Positions 8,649 through 17,040 of a DNA stretch of 34,661 nt are shown in pieces. A model generated the notes under the pieces. The model was given only the letters and a program-made list of their open reading frames with translations, was not told where the DNA came from and did not search any database. Made by a program: the position numbers and the translations under genes. Source of the stretch: a virus (lineage: Duplodnaviria; Caudoviricetes); IMG/VR virus record IMGVR_UViG_3300048579_000438, positions 1 to 34,661 of that record. One strand, given 5' to 3'. How positions within the stretch are numbered: position 1 is the first letter of the stretch; every line of letters begins with the position of its first letter.

Positions 8649-8688
8649 CAATGGCAATAATGCCAGACACTTTAAACTCATTTTAAAT

Positions 8689-8919
8689 ATGTCGTACGCA
8701 AACAAAGGAATAATTGATGAACTGATTGCTGTAGAAAAAAAGATGGATGATGTTAATATACATTCTATTATCATAATAGCAAATAGTGACGGATCAGGCG
8801 GTCACATACACGTCGAAGGGGATCTTGATATACTTGCTCAACTAATGGTCTACTTCATGAAAAATGGTAGTGGCCTTGATGAATTAATAGTTGAAACAAT
8901 CAAAAAAGTAACAAAATAA
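8689..8919 (+). CDS. Hypothetical protein
   Basis: Operon packing, A-rich start. Confidence 0.6.
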   Translation: MSYANKGIIDELIAVEKKMDDVNIHSIIIIANSDGSGGHIHVEGDLDILAQLMVYFMKNGSGLDELIVETIKKVTK

Positions 8920-8921
8920 AC

Positions 8922-9224
8922 ATGCAATTCGCTCCCTACAATCGCAAAGGCTTCCTGTGTCCCGAATCAATTCACAGCATGGCCGCATTTCACGCTAAAA
9001 TATATGAAAATGGCGAATACAGGTTCCGCATTCACGACTGCCTTACCTCAATCCGCCTCATTGGCAAACTCGAAACCGAACAAGATTTTGCTGAAGCAGT
9101 TCTAAAATGCGATAACCTTGCCAAAGCCCTGTACGATTTTTCACGTCATGTCGAAAAGCTTCGCTACGAGCTATTCCACAAACCCGAAACTCGCAACCCG
9201 CAACTCGAAACAATTCAACCATGA
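8922..9224 (+). CDS. Hypothetical phage protein
   Basis: Operon packing; C-terminus encoded by a heptamer repeat. Confidence 0.7.
   Translation: MQFAPYNRKGFLCPESIHSMAAFHAKIYENGEYRFRIHDCLTSIRLIGKLETEQDFAEAVLKCDNLAKALYDFSRHVEKLRYELFHKPETRNPQLETIQP
9181..9211. repeat. Heptamer tandem repeat (AACYCGM) in frame
   Basis: aacccga aactcgc aacccgc aactcga aac. Confidence 0.7.
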
Positions 9225-9697
9225 AAGAAATCATGTTCAGCCGTGTATTCCAGGCACATCACCCGCGCAAAGGCGAACCAACGTACTTTGTCGAACAAAT
9301 GCTTAAGCAATTAATAAAAGATGGCAAAGCAAATACCGAAGACCTTAAAGGCCCATTTGTCGACTGCTCTGTACTCGACAAGGTTGGCTACAAAGGGCAC
9401 ACAATCCGCAAAGGCCACAACTTCAAAGCTGGAGACTATTTTAAACCAAAAGTCTGGACTGACAAGCCTTACGCATCGCCAAAACATCAATTTGCCAATC
9501 CGGTACTGGTCGAAAAAACGTTCGATTTTAAACTTGAATTATTCTCCTTTATGGTTAATGACAAAGCGTTAGGACTCGAAGAACTGAAAGTTCTTGCACT
9601 CAACGACGGTCTTAGCTCCGATGATTTTGAATGTTGGTTCAATTCCGAACCATTCGACGGTCAAATAATCTGCTGGAACGCAGCAATAAATTACTAA
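9221..9697 (+). CDS. ASCH/PUA-like domain protein
   Basis: KGHTIRK motif, W..KPY.S, LA.NDGLS..DF..WF. Confidence 0.55.
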   Translation: MKEIMFSRVFQAHHPRKGEPTYFVEQMLKQLIKDGKANTEDLKGPFVDCSVLDKVGYKGHTIRKGHNFKAGDYFKPKVWTDKPYASPKHQFANPVLVEKTFDFKLELFSFMVNDKALGLEELKVLALNDGLSSDDFECWFNSEPFDGQIICWNAAINY

Positions 9698-9698
9698 A

Positions 9699-9741
9699 CC
9701 CTGAACGGTTCAGCCCAGGTTCGATTCCTGGGCAGGGACAA
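9699..9741 (+). ncRNA. Mini tRNA-like element 3
   Basis: CCCTG-AACGGTTCAGC-CCAGG-TTCGATT-CCTGG-G-CAGGG-ACAA. Confidence 0.6.
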
Positions 9742-9752
9742 ATTTTTAAACC

Positions 9753-10652
9753 ATGAAAGAAATACGATTACTTGATTTATGCTGTAAGGCTGGCGGATGC
9801 TCAGTCGGTTACAAACAAGCCGCCGAAGAACTTGGATTGAAAATAAAAATCGTTGGCGTTGATATTGATCCACAGCCAAACTATCCTTTTGAATTTGTAA
9901 AAGCCGATGCCTCTGATTTTTTTATGCAAGAATGGCAACAATTCACGCATTATCATGCTTCACCACCTTGTCAGGAATATACAACATCAACGGTAGAATT
10001 TCGCCTTAAGGGTAAGAAATACAAAGATAACCTAACCGACATTCAACTGCTTTTCAATGCTTCAGGAATGCCTTCGGTTATCGAAAACGTAATGCCTGCG
10101 CCAATCTGCGGCGATGTCATTCTACGTGGCGACATGTTCAAACTAGGAGTTTTGCGCAAACGAAAATTCGAACTGGTCAATTGGTTCATGCTTAACCCGG
10201 TTATGCCGCATAAAATAGGAACGGTAAAAGCCGGGGACTACGCGCAGGTGTTAGGAAAGGGGCAATTACAGGTTACGGGGGGGGCAAAATTCAAGATACC
10301 CGGACAAAACGTCACCGAAGTATGGAGCAACGCAATGGGTATAGATTGGATGACAAAAGAAGAAATGGCGGAAGCCATTCCTCCAGCTTATACCCGGTTT
10401 ATTGGACAATATTTTTTTCAACATTTTCATAAAAACACATTAACCATGCAAGAATTCATCTCTAAAGTATCAGAAATTAGAAAGCTTCAGAAAGCTTTCT
10501 ATAAAGAACGCTCCCAAACTGCACTCATGGCTGCTAAATCTGCAGAATACACGGTTGATACAATGCTTGAATCTCTGGGTTGCCCAGTCGATAAGAAAAA
10601 GGCCAAGCAAGTAAAACCAACACCGCCACAAATGCCAAAACTTTTTCAATAA
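9753..10652 (+). CDS. DNA cytosine-C5 methyltransferase-like protein with a fused C-terminal ~68-aa module
   Basis: Motif I LLDLCCKAGG, motif IV HASPPCQ, motif VI VIENV, R.R.FE, EAIPPAYT. Confidence 0.8.
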   Translation: MKEIRLLDLCCKAGGCSVGYKQAAEELGLKIKIVGVDIDPQPNYPFEFVKADASDFFMQEWQQFTHYHASPPCQEYTTSTVEFRLKGKKYKDNLTDIQLLFNASGMPSVIENVMPAPICGDVILRGDMFKLGVLRKRKFELVNWFMLNPVMPHKIGTVKAGDYAQVLGKGQLQVTGGAKFKIPGQNVTEVWSNAMGIDWMTKEEMAEAIPPAYTRFIGQYFFQHFHKNTLTMQEFISKVSEIRKLQKAFYKERSQTALMAAKSAEYTVDTMLESLGCPVDKKKAKQVKPTPPQMPKLFQ

Positions 10653-10669
10653 CCTAAAAATTTTAATTT

Positions 10670-10786
10670 ATGATACTTTTCTATAAAATAATTACTGCAC
10701 TTGCAGTATTAGCAGTCATTAATCTTATTTTCACAATATTAATAATTTGGGTGCTTTCACGCGAAAACAAAAATTGTAAATCATGA
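10670..10786 (+). CDS. Small single-TM protein, 38 aa (missing from the ORF track)
   Basis: MILFYKIITALAVLAVINLIFTILIIWVLSRENKNCKS; ATGA overlap with the next gene. Confidence 0.55.
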   Translation: MILFYKIITALAVLAVINLIFTILIIWVLSRENKNCKS

Positions 10787-11151
10787 TCATATCAATCGAC
10801 TTCGACGGAACCATCTCGCGCGGAAAATTCCCAGCCATCACCGGACTTCAGCCCTATGCCGCTGAAGTAATCAACCGGCTATACCAGCAAGGACACTACC
10901 TTATTATCAATACATGTCGGTCGGGTGAGCAATGCCTGGAAGCCGTAAATTTCCTGCTTCAGCATTGCATACCGTTTCACCGCGTAAACGACAATCACCC
11001 TGATCAAACCGCGCTGTACAACAACAACAGCCGCAAAATCTACGCGCATGTATACATCGATGATAAGAACCTTGGAGGTTTCCCTGGTTGGCTCCAGGCT
11101 GAAGAAACCATTAACCAAATGGAACTCGAATACAAAACTAAAACCACATAG
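10783..11151 (+). CDS. HAD-superfamily phosphatase-like protein
   Basis: ISIDFDGT motif I, INTCR motif II, RKIYAHVYIDD motifs III/IV. Confidence 0.85.
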   Translation: MIISIDFDGTISRGKFPAITGLQPYAAEVINRLYQQGHYLIINTCRSGEQCLEAVNFLLQHCIPFHRVNDNHPDQTALYNNNSRKIYAHVYIDDKNLGGFPGWLQAEETINQMELEYKTKTT

Positions 11152-11203
11152 ACACCTGGAACACATAGTTTTTTTTCTATGTGACCAATGTGCCTATGTG
11201 GTT
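11142..11203. repeat. Nested inverted repeat
   Basis: AACCACATAG..CACATAG-T8-CTATGTG..CTATGTGGTT; overlaps the stop codon of the HAD gene. Confidence 0.65.
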
Positions 11204-11216
11204 CAAATCAACAATT

Positions 11217-11447
11217 ATGAAACGAGAACAAAAACCCCGCCAGCGCCGCCTCGACCTTATCAACAGCATGCCAACCGGCGAACAAAAACGCATTGCAAGA
11301 CTGTTGAAATGCTCAAACTCTCATGTATCCGCTGTTTTAAACGGACGCAAGCAACAAGACAATGATCTATCGCGCAACATCATCCGCCTGGCCGAACAAT
11401 CAGCTGCCAACGAAGCCGGTAAACGGTTCTTTAAATCGGGCAGATAA
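11217..11447 (+). CDS. HTH DNA-binding protein
   Basis: GEQKRIARLLKCSNSHVSAVLNG; ATG at 11217 preferred to GTG at 11181 inside the palindrome. Confidence 0.75.
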   Translation: MKREQKPRQRRLDLINSMPTGEQKRIARLLKCSNSHVSAVLNGRKQQDNDLSRNIIRLAEQSAANEAGKRFFKSGR

Positions 11448-11479
11448 CCTATATTTGTTCAAACTTTAAACCCTTTAAA

Positions 11480-11767
11480 ATGGATAACAAATGGATTCTT
11501 TTATCACAGGAAGAAAAAGAAAATTATATTGACAAAGTTTTTAGCGAAAAACAAATAACAAAAAATGAGAAAGAGTTGTGTTTACAACTCCTTAGTAATC
11601 TCGAGATTGAATTAGTAGAGTTTTTAAATTTTGCCGATCGGGTTATAAACGAATCGAGTCCACAACTCAAAGCATCGGCAAAATGGGATTTAAAGTATTC
11701 ATTCGAATACTATTGGGAAACACATCATAACCTTCTTGATAAAACTTTAAAAACCACTTTAAAATGA
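11480..11767 (+). CDS. Hypothetical protein, AT-rich
   Basis: 95-aa ORF; ATGA overlap with the next gene. Confidence 0.6.
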   Translation: MDNKWILLSQEEKENYIDKVFSEKQITKNEKELCLQLLSNLEIELVEFLNFADRVINESSPQLKASAKWDLKYSFEYYWETHHNLLDKTLKTTLK

Positions 11768-12012
11768 TAAAATTAACAATACCTGAGGGTGCAATTTATT
11801 TTAAACCAAGCACGTTAGAGTTTATAACAGGAGATGGAAAAATAATATCTCAATATATGGAATGGGGAAACTCCGATAATATAATTAGTGAGACTGAATT
11901 TGAAATATCGCAGTTCACTAAAAAGCATACACTGTTAAAAAGTTCAATAAAAAAAGGAAATAATTTTAAGAAAATGAAAACGGCTAAATATTACAGACTA
12001 GTTAAAATTTAG
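11764..12012 (+). CDS. Hypothetical protein, AT-rich
   Basis: 82-aa ORF ending just before the terminator. Confidence 0.55.
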   Translation: MIKLTIPEGAIYFKPSTLEFITGDGKIISQYMEWGNSDNIISETEFEISQFTKKHTLLKSSIKKGNNFKKMKTAKYYRLVKI

Positions 12013-12016
12013 GTAT

Positions 12017-12047
12017 AAAAAGGCGAGAAGATCTTCTCGCCTTTTTT
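12017..12047. terminator. Bidirectional intrinsic terminator
   Basis: Perfect palindrome AAAAAGGCGAGAAGATCTTCTCGCCTTTTT between convergent operons. Confidence 0.9.
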
Positions 12048-12091
12048 GTGCTATTTTAATTCCCCCGGTTGTTTATAATTTATTTTGTTTA

Positions 12092-15076
12092 TTAGATAGA
12101 ATCCAAATATGTTTTATGACGTTGTAATGCGTATTGAATTGCGGAAAATAAAGCATCTCCAAACTGGAGACCTCCAATTAATGACGGATGTAAATTATAA
12201 TTATTACCATCACTTTGATAAGTATATTCGCCCGGTATTCTTGATTTTCCCGTTATGTTATAGCCAATAACCCTATCCATAGAATAATGTGCTGGGCAAT
12301 AATAAACCCGTCCGTGCCCTGTCGAATTTTGTATAACCGTTTCAAATTGGGTTATTAATTCGGCATTCCATGTAATCCGGGTTGTTTTTGAAATCGAATC
12401 AATACCCATCGGAAAAATTGACGATATTAAAACAATTGCATCGGGATAATTTCGCCACAATTTTGAAATCAATGTGTTGATATTTGCAATGTATTGCGAC
12501 AATGTACAATATCCGGGGTCATTAGTTCCTAACACAATCATAAATGCATCGATTGTGTCAATTGGGTCTGATACATATCTGGACAATAAATTCAAATTGC
12601 TGATATAATTTACAAAATCAATGTCCGCTCCGCCCGGATATGCTGCATTCCAAAGAGGGTTATCACCATCCATGCTGTCTCCAATGTGCCGCCCGTTTGC
12701 AACAAAATGAGGGGTTGCCCAACCACTGTGCCCCTCGTCATAGATATTTCCTAATGAATTAATGTCGGGTTGTGGATTGTGGGTTTTATTTCCAATAAAT
12801 CGAATATCAGAACCTCCTGCGGTTTGTGCAATTTTAAAATTGTCCTGTATTGCTCGCATATAATAGCCCATTTCCATTATCGAATCACCGATAGGTAAAA
12901 TATTAAGACGGCTTTTTGTCATCAATATTTTTTTATCAATACATTTAATTGTAAACGATTTACTGTCAATCACATCTCCTGTTAATGTTTCTTGATATGC
13001 AGTTGCTGTATAATCCCCTAGTGTTGTTGCGTGGTAGAAATTAAACCTGTCTGACTTTTGCATTGCTTGTTGTGCGGTTGTTGCAATCATTCTTACACGT
13101 GTGTATTTTTCTTTATTATCTGTTATTGCACGCAACGAATTATTGTAAATATTCAATTCTAACCCAATGCATATAGGAACTATTGACGGCAAAATAATAT
13201 CCGCTTCTTTTGCAGATTTATTTAATACCATTAATGCGTCCGATGTTGAACTAAAACCGACGAAACACGTTGTTGCGCCCGCCGTCCATGTTCCGGTTTG
13301 GGTTGCACCCGTTCCATTTAATGAATTTGCAGAAATATAATTTAAATCTTTGTCAAATGCTGCGATTAATCCCATTCCCGCAACTCCTGCCAAAATATAA
13401 TTTATTATTTGCCCAGTTGCAACTTTGAATAAAGGCGTATGCCTTTGATATGTTGGGGCAATTGTTCCATTTGAAAAAAAATAATATCCCTCTGTATTAT
13501 AAGCACTTCCAATTTGCGAACTGTCCATTATTTCAAATAAGGACTTACGCAAATTTGCCGTTAATTTTGCGGGGGTAATAGAATTGTCGGGCAATAATAC
13601 ATTCCGTAACCCGGATATTGTCATTAATGAATCGTTATTTGCACAAAAACCGACGTAACACGTTGTTGCTCCCGCCGTCCATGTTCCGGTTTGGGTTGCA
13701 CCCGTTCCGATAAGCGAATTTTCTGAAATATAATTTAAATCTTTGTCAAATGCTGCGATAACCGATAATGCGCCGGATTGCCCCAATAGTGTGTAATCAA
13801 CTTTTTGACCAATTCCAATTTTAAATAATGGGGTCAATCTCATAAATCCGGTTACAATAACCCCACTTGGATTGTAATAACCAACCGTATTATAAGCACT
13901 TCCAATTTGCGAACTGTCCATTATTTCAAATAAGGACTTACGCAAATTTGCCGTTAATTTTGCGGGGGTAATAGAATTGTCGGGCAATAATACATTCCGT
14001 AACCCGGATATTGTCATTAATGAATCGTTATTTGCACAAAAACCGACGTAACACGTTGTTGCTCCCGCCGTCCATGTTCCGGTTTGGGTTGCACCCGTTC
14101 CGATAAGCGAATTTTCTGAAATATAATTTAAATCTTTGTCAAATGCTGCGATAACCGATAATGCGCCGGATTGCCCCAATAGTGTGTAATCAACTTTTTG
14201 ACCAATTCCAATTTTAAATAATGGGGTCAATCTCATAAATCCGGTTACAATAACCCCACTTGGATTGTAATAACCAACCGTATTATAAGCACTTCCAATT
14301 TGCGAACTGTCCATTATTTCAAATAAGGACTTACGCAAATTTGCCGTTAATTTTGCGGAAGTTATCAAATTGTCAGGCAAAGCATATAAGCTCATTTTTG
14401 CATCAGATTGAGCAGAAAACCCTACAAAACAAGTGCCGGCAGTAGCTTCCCACGTTCCGGTTTTTGTAGTTCCATCTGCAAGCAACGAATTTGCAGAAAC
14501 ATACGCTAAGTCTTTGTCAAACGCAGCGATTAAAGCTACGCCAGTTGGCCCATACAATGAATAATCAATCTTCTGGCCAATTCCAATTTTAAATAAAGGC
14601 GTATGACGATTATATGGATCAGTACTTACTGTTCCGCTTGTGGTATAGTAACCTGTTACATTATACCTGTTACTAATTTGAGACGAATCAAGCGTCTTAA
14701 AAATTTTTTCAACAGCCGATTTATCAGCCTTCTGGCTCAAATCCCCAATCTTACACACATACTCCCAGGCACTTCCCGTGTATCGGTAAACCTTACCCAT
14801 TTCTGTAGAATCCGCCTCATTCTGTATAGACACCAACTGTCCCGGTCGTATCTTTTCTCCGTCATCGCCTATGGGAGCAGCAACATCGGCATTCATGGCC
14901 GCAACGCTGGCATAAATCTTCCGTATCGTGAGGTTCGACATATTTAACTCCGCAGCTTGCTGCCGGTTCACCATCTCAGTCATTACACCAAAAACATCGG
15001 TTTTGCTGATCGAGTTCTTACCGGCTCTGCCGGTCAATTCAACTATCTTGTTTTTTATCTGATCGTAACTCCACAT
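12092..15076 (-). CDS. Tail fibre/receptor-binding protein with tandem domains and a C-terminal SGNH hydrolase
   Basis: Last gene of the baseplate cluster; four ~130-aa related modules; ILPIGDSI, GHSGW, LGTND, LHPS blocks. Confidence 0.75.
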   Translation of the reverse strand: MWSYDQIKNKIVELTGRAGKNSISKTDVFGVMTEMVNRQQAAELNMSNLTIRKIYASVAAMNADVAAPIGDDGEKIRPGQLVSIQNEADSTEMGKVYRYTGSAWEYVCKIGDLSQKADKSAVEKIFKTLDSSQISNRYNVTGYYTTSGTVSTDPYNRHTPLFKIGIGQKIDYSLYGPTGVALIAAFDKDLAYVSANSLLADGTTKTGTWEATAGTCFVGFSAQSDAKMSLYALPDNLITSAKLTANLRKSLFEIMDSSQIGSAYNTVGYYNPSGVIVTGFMRLTPLFKIGIGQKVDYTLLGQSGALSVIAAFDKDLNYISENSLIGTGATQTGTWTAGATTCYVGFCANNDSLMTISGLRNVLLPDNSITPAKLTANLRKSLFEIMDSSQIGSAYNTVGYYNPSGVIVTGFMRLTPLFKIGIGQKVDYTLLGQSGALSVIAAFDKDLNYISENSLIGTGATQTGTWTAGATTCYVGFCANNDSLMTISGLRNVLLPDNSITPAKLTANLRKSLFEIMDSSQIGSAYNTEGYYFFSNGTIAPTYQRHTPLFKVATGQIINYILAGVAGMGLIAAFDKDLNYISANSLNGTGATQTGTWTAGATTCFVGFSSTSDALMVLNKSAKEADIILPSIVPICIGLELNIYNNSLRAITDNKEKYTRVRMIATTAQQAMQKSDRFNFYHATTLGDYTATAYQETLTGDVIDSKSFTIKCIDKKILMTKSRLNILPIGDSIMEMGYYMRAIQDNFKIAQTAGGSDIRFIGNKTHNPQPDINSLGNIYDEGHSGWATPHFVANGRHIGDSMDGDNPLWNAAYPGGADIDFVNYISNLNLLSRYVSDPIDTIDAFMIVLGTNDPGYCTLSQYIANINTLISKLWRNYPDAIVLISSIFPMGIDSISKTTRITWNAELITQFETVIQNSTGHGRVYYCPAHYSMDRVIGYNITGKSRIPGEYTYQSDGNNYNLHPSLIGGLQFGDALFSAIQYALQRHKTYLDSI
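13494..14358. repeat. 393-bp tandem duplication (about 2.2 copies, identical by eye)
   Basis: AAGCACTTCCAATTTGCG recurs at 13501, 13894 and 14287; 131-aa unit repeated verbatim. Confidence 0.92.
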
Positions 15077-15128
15077 AATTCGAGTATTTACAATTTGATT
15101 ATTTACAATTCATAAAAGCGCCTTTTTT

Positions 15129-15159
15129 TCCCCTCTTTCGGAGGGGGCTAGGGGGAGGC
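15129..15159. repeat. REP-like element
   Basis: TCCCCTC-TTTCG-GAGGGGG-CTAGGGGGAGGC; same architecture as 5107 and 25523. Confidence 0.6.
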
Positions 15160-15161
15160 CT

Positions 15162-15458
15162 CTAAATCGGGCACGCTGTCAAATTAGTTCGGTAGGCTTC
15201 ACCACCGGCCACGGTCATGGTATCAATATCCAAACCCGTTTCAATTGACTCCACAAACGATTTAAACGCCTCCAGGCGCGCCGTGTAGATGTCAATAGGC
15301 AATTTGCCCATTTCTGTCGGTGTAATGGCTGGGTAAACCGTACCATTCCACGTAAATTCATTCCTTCCGTAGTAGGTATGCGGGTATCCGTCCTGCATGT
15401 AACCGGCTATCGATTTGGTAATCTTAACCGTTAAACTTCTTTCTTTTCCTGTGTTCAT
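15162..15458 (-). CDS. Hypothetical tail-associated protein
   Basis: 98 aa; translationally coupled within the tail operon. Confidence 0.7.
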   Translation of the reverse strand: MNTGKERSLTVKITKSIAGYMQDGYPHTYYGRNEFTWNGTVYPAITPTEMGKLPIDIYTARLEAFKSFVESIETGLDIDTMTVAGGEAYRTNLTACPI

Positions 15459-16210
15459 TATTGCTGTTCTCCTGTTGATAAATCTGTAAACTCGTAGGTA
15501 TAAATGTCATCAGGCAGTTTGGTTATCGTCAGCAGTTTTTTATAAACGTAGTAATGAGCGCCCTCAACGGCCTGTATAGTCACGTCAACATTGGCTTTTT
15601 TTTGTCCGGCCAGCATGTCAATATAAAACGATCCGCCATAAAACTCGGCACCGGCAGCATCGCGGCCAAATACTTCACCGCTGACGTTGATGTCATACTC
15701 AAGAGTCTGACTGGCGTATAAATAAAATTTGGTAGGGGTAACATACGCCGATAGTAATATTGTAAGGTTCGTTTCGCAAACATGGTCGATAAACTCAGCA
15801 GTTAAATCAGAAACGAGATCCTCGCAAACATGATTGCTGAATTCAACCTGATAGCTTACTGATCCAATGCGGAACGTAAATGATTTTCCGGCTAACTTGT
15901 AGCGATTGATCAAGTCTTTTAACTGTTTTTCGTCAACATTTCCGGCAACGTTTACCATGAAGTCGAACGGCTTTCCGTCCATCTCTTCAATCGACACCAG
16001 GGCATTCAGTTCGCGCTCTATCAGTTTCTGAAGGCTCAATACCGAAGCATTCACGTTGCCTCTGAATTTCATTTCTTCAGCCCACACATTAAAATCTGTT
16101 TGCAAGCCTGGCAATTGCATCAGGTATGTCCTGATCCATTCAATAAGGCGTATATTGCGCCAACGCGAAGGCAAAAACATCTGCACAAATTTTCCAAGAT
16201 CAACTCTCAT
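15458..16210 (-). CDS. Baseplate wedge/tail protein (P2 gpI-like position)
   Basis: Follows the baseplate J-like gene; LP..WR..RL..W, I.RYKLAGKSF. Confidence 0.65.
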   Translation of the reverse strand: MRVDLGKFVQMFLPSRWRNIRLIEWIRTYLMQLPGLQTDFNVWAEEMKFRGNVNASVLSLQKLIERELNALVSIEEMDGKPFDFMVNVAGNVDEKQLKDLINRYKLAGKSFTFRIGSVSYQVEFSNHVCEDLVSDLTAEFIDHVCETNLTILLSAYVTPTKFYLYASQTLEYDINVSGEVFGRDAAGAEFYGGSFYIDMLAGQKKANVDVTIQAVEGAHYYVYKKLLTITKLPDDIYTYEFTDLSTGEQQ

Positions 16211-17039
16211 AGCTGGGGATATAAATTGCTGTTACAGTTGCAGCCACATAAAAACCACTTGGGCTTTCAAAGCTTTGGGTATTCACCAAATCACCATTCA
16301 TGCGTACATCGCCCAAAACGGCGTCGTAAACGCCCGAAGCGGCCTGCACCACGTCAATCAGTTTTGTTCGATTAAATGCACCGCCGTACTTAATCGCGCC
16401 CAGGTAACTATCAATTGCATCATTCACCGGCTTATTTCCGCCTGAAGTTGATGTACCGTCACCACCAATCAACTGTGGATTGTAGTACACCGTTAGGTTA
16501 ATAGTAAGCTGATCGGGTGCCAGGCTCACAAAATCAAAGTGAGTTCCAGCCGCCCCAATGCCTTTAATGTAGGCTTTAAAAGCATTCAGCTCATTGGCTG
16601 TCAATGCCGCTTTATTGGCTTTCGATGCAAATACCTGAAGCCTGGTAACTCCCGAAACTTCACGCTGCCGGATAGCGGCATACTTAACGATCCGCTTCGT
16701 TTCATCAATTACCGGATAAGCAAATTTGTAAGTAGTTTCGTCGAATGTTACCAAGTCGCCCAACTGGAAGGCCAGTGATTTGGCGTAATACCAGGGAATG
16801 GAGAACGGCATTTCCACGGCCACCATGTTCTCAACTTCAGCCTTTTTCTGATCAACAATCAGTTCAAAAAGGTAAATTGCTGAAGCAACAATAAACGTAA
16901 ACACCGCCTCAAGCGAAACTTTCGAGAATTGCTCATCAAACGTTTTTGCCGGATCAAGCCCGTAAGCTTCCTGAAGGGTGATGTTTGCCACAAAATCAGC
17001 TCGGATTGCCTGTTTTATTTCGTCAAGTGTTCGTGCCAT
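16200..17039 (-). CDS. Baseplate J-like protein
   Basis: MARTLDEIK..FSKVSLE..WY..K.LAFQ.G..AI..YL..I.YGG.F..TKL.D..Q...GV; start at 17039 preferred. Confidence 0.75.
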   Translation of the reverse strand: MARTLDEIKQAIRADFVANITLQEAYGLDPAKTFDEQFSKVSLEAVFTFIVASAIYLFELIVDQKKAEVENMVAVEMPFSIPWYYAKSLAFQLGDLVTFDETTYKFAYPVIDETKRIVKYAAIRQREVSGVTRLQVFASKANKAALTANELNAFKAYIKGIGAAGTHFDFVSLAPDQLTINLTVYYNPQLIGGDGTSTSGGNKPVNDAIDSYLGAIKYGGAFNRTKLIDVVQAASGVYDAVLGDVRMNGDLVNTQSFESPSGFYVAATVTAIYIPSYES

Positions 17040-17040
17040 G

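Noticed and set aside
8447-8686. 79-aa track ORF
   Set aside because: Translation of a palindrome plus the degenerate tRNA
3172-9741. Mini-tRNAs as integrase att-site remnants or terminators
   Set aside because: The element transposes and no integrase is present; copies share a non-tRNA 5' half that pairs with their own 3' end; no U tracts follow
13494-14358. Possible DGR template/variable repeat pair in the tail fibre
   Set aside because: Copies are tandem, in frame and identical by eye, with no adenine-specific differences; no reverse transcriptase in the window
15086-15110. TATTTACAATT direct repeat before the tail fibre
   Set aside because: Two short AT-rich copies; too weak to call alone
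12092-15458. Mu G-type invertible tail fibre segment
   Set aside because: No invertase, no flanking inverted repeats and no opposite-strand alternative fibre gene seen
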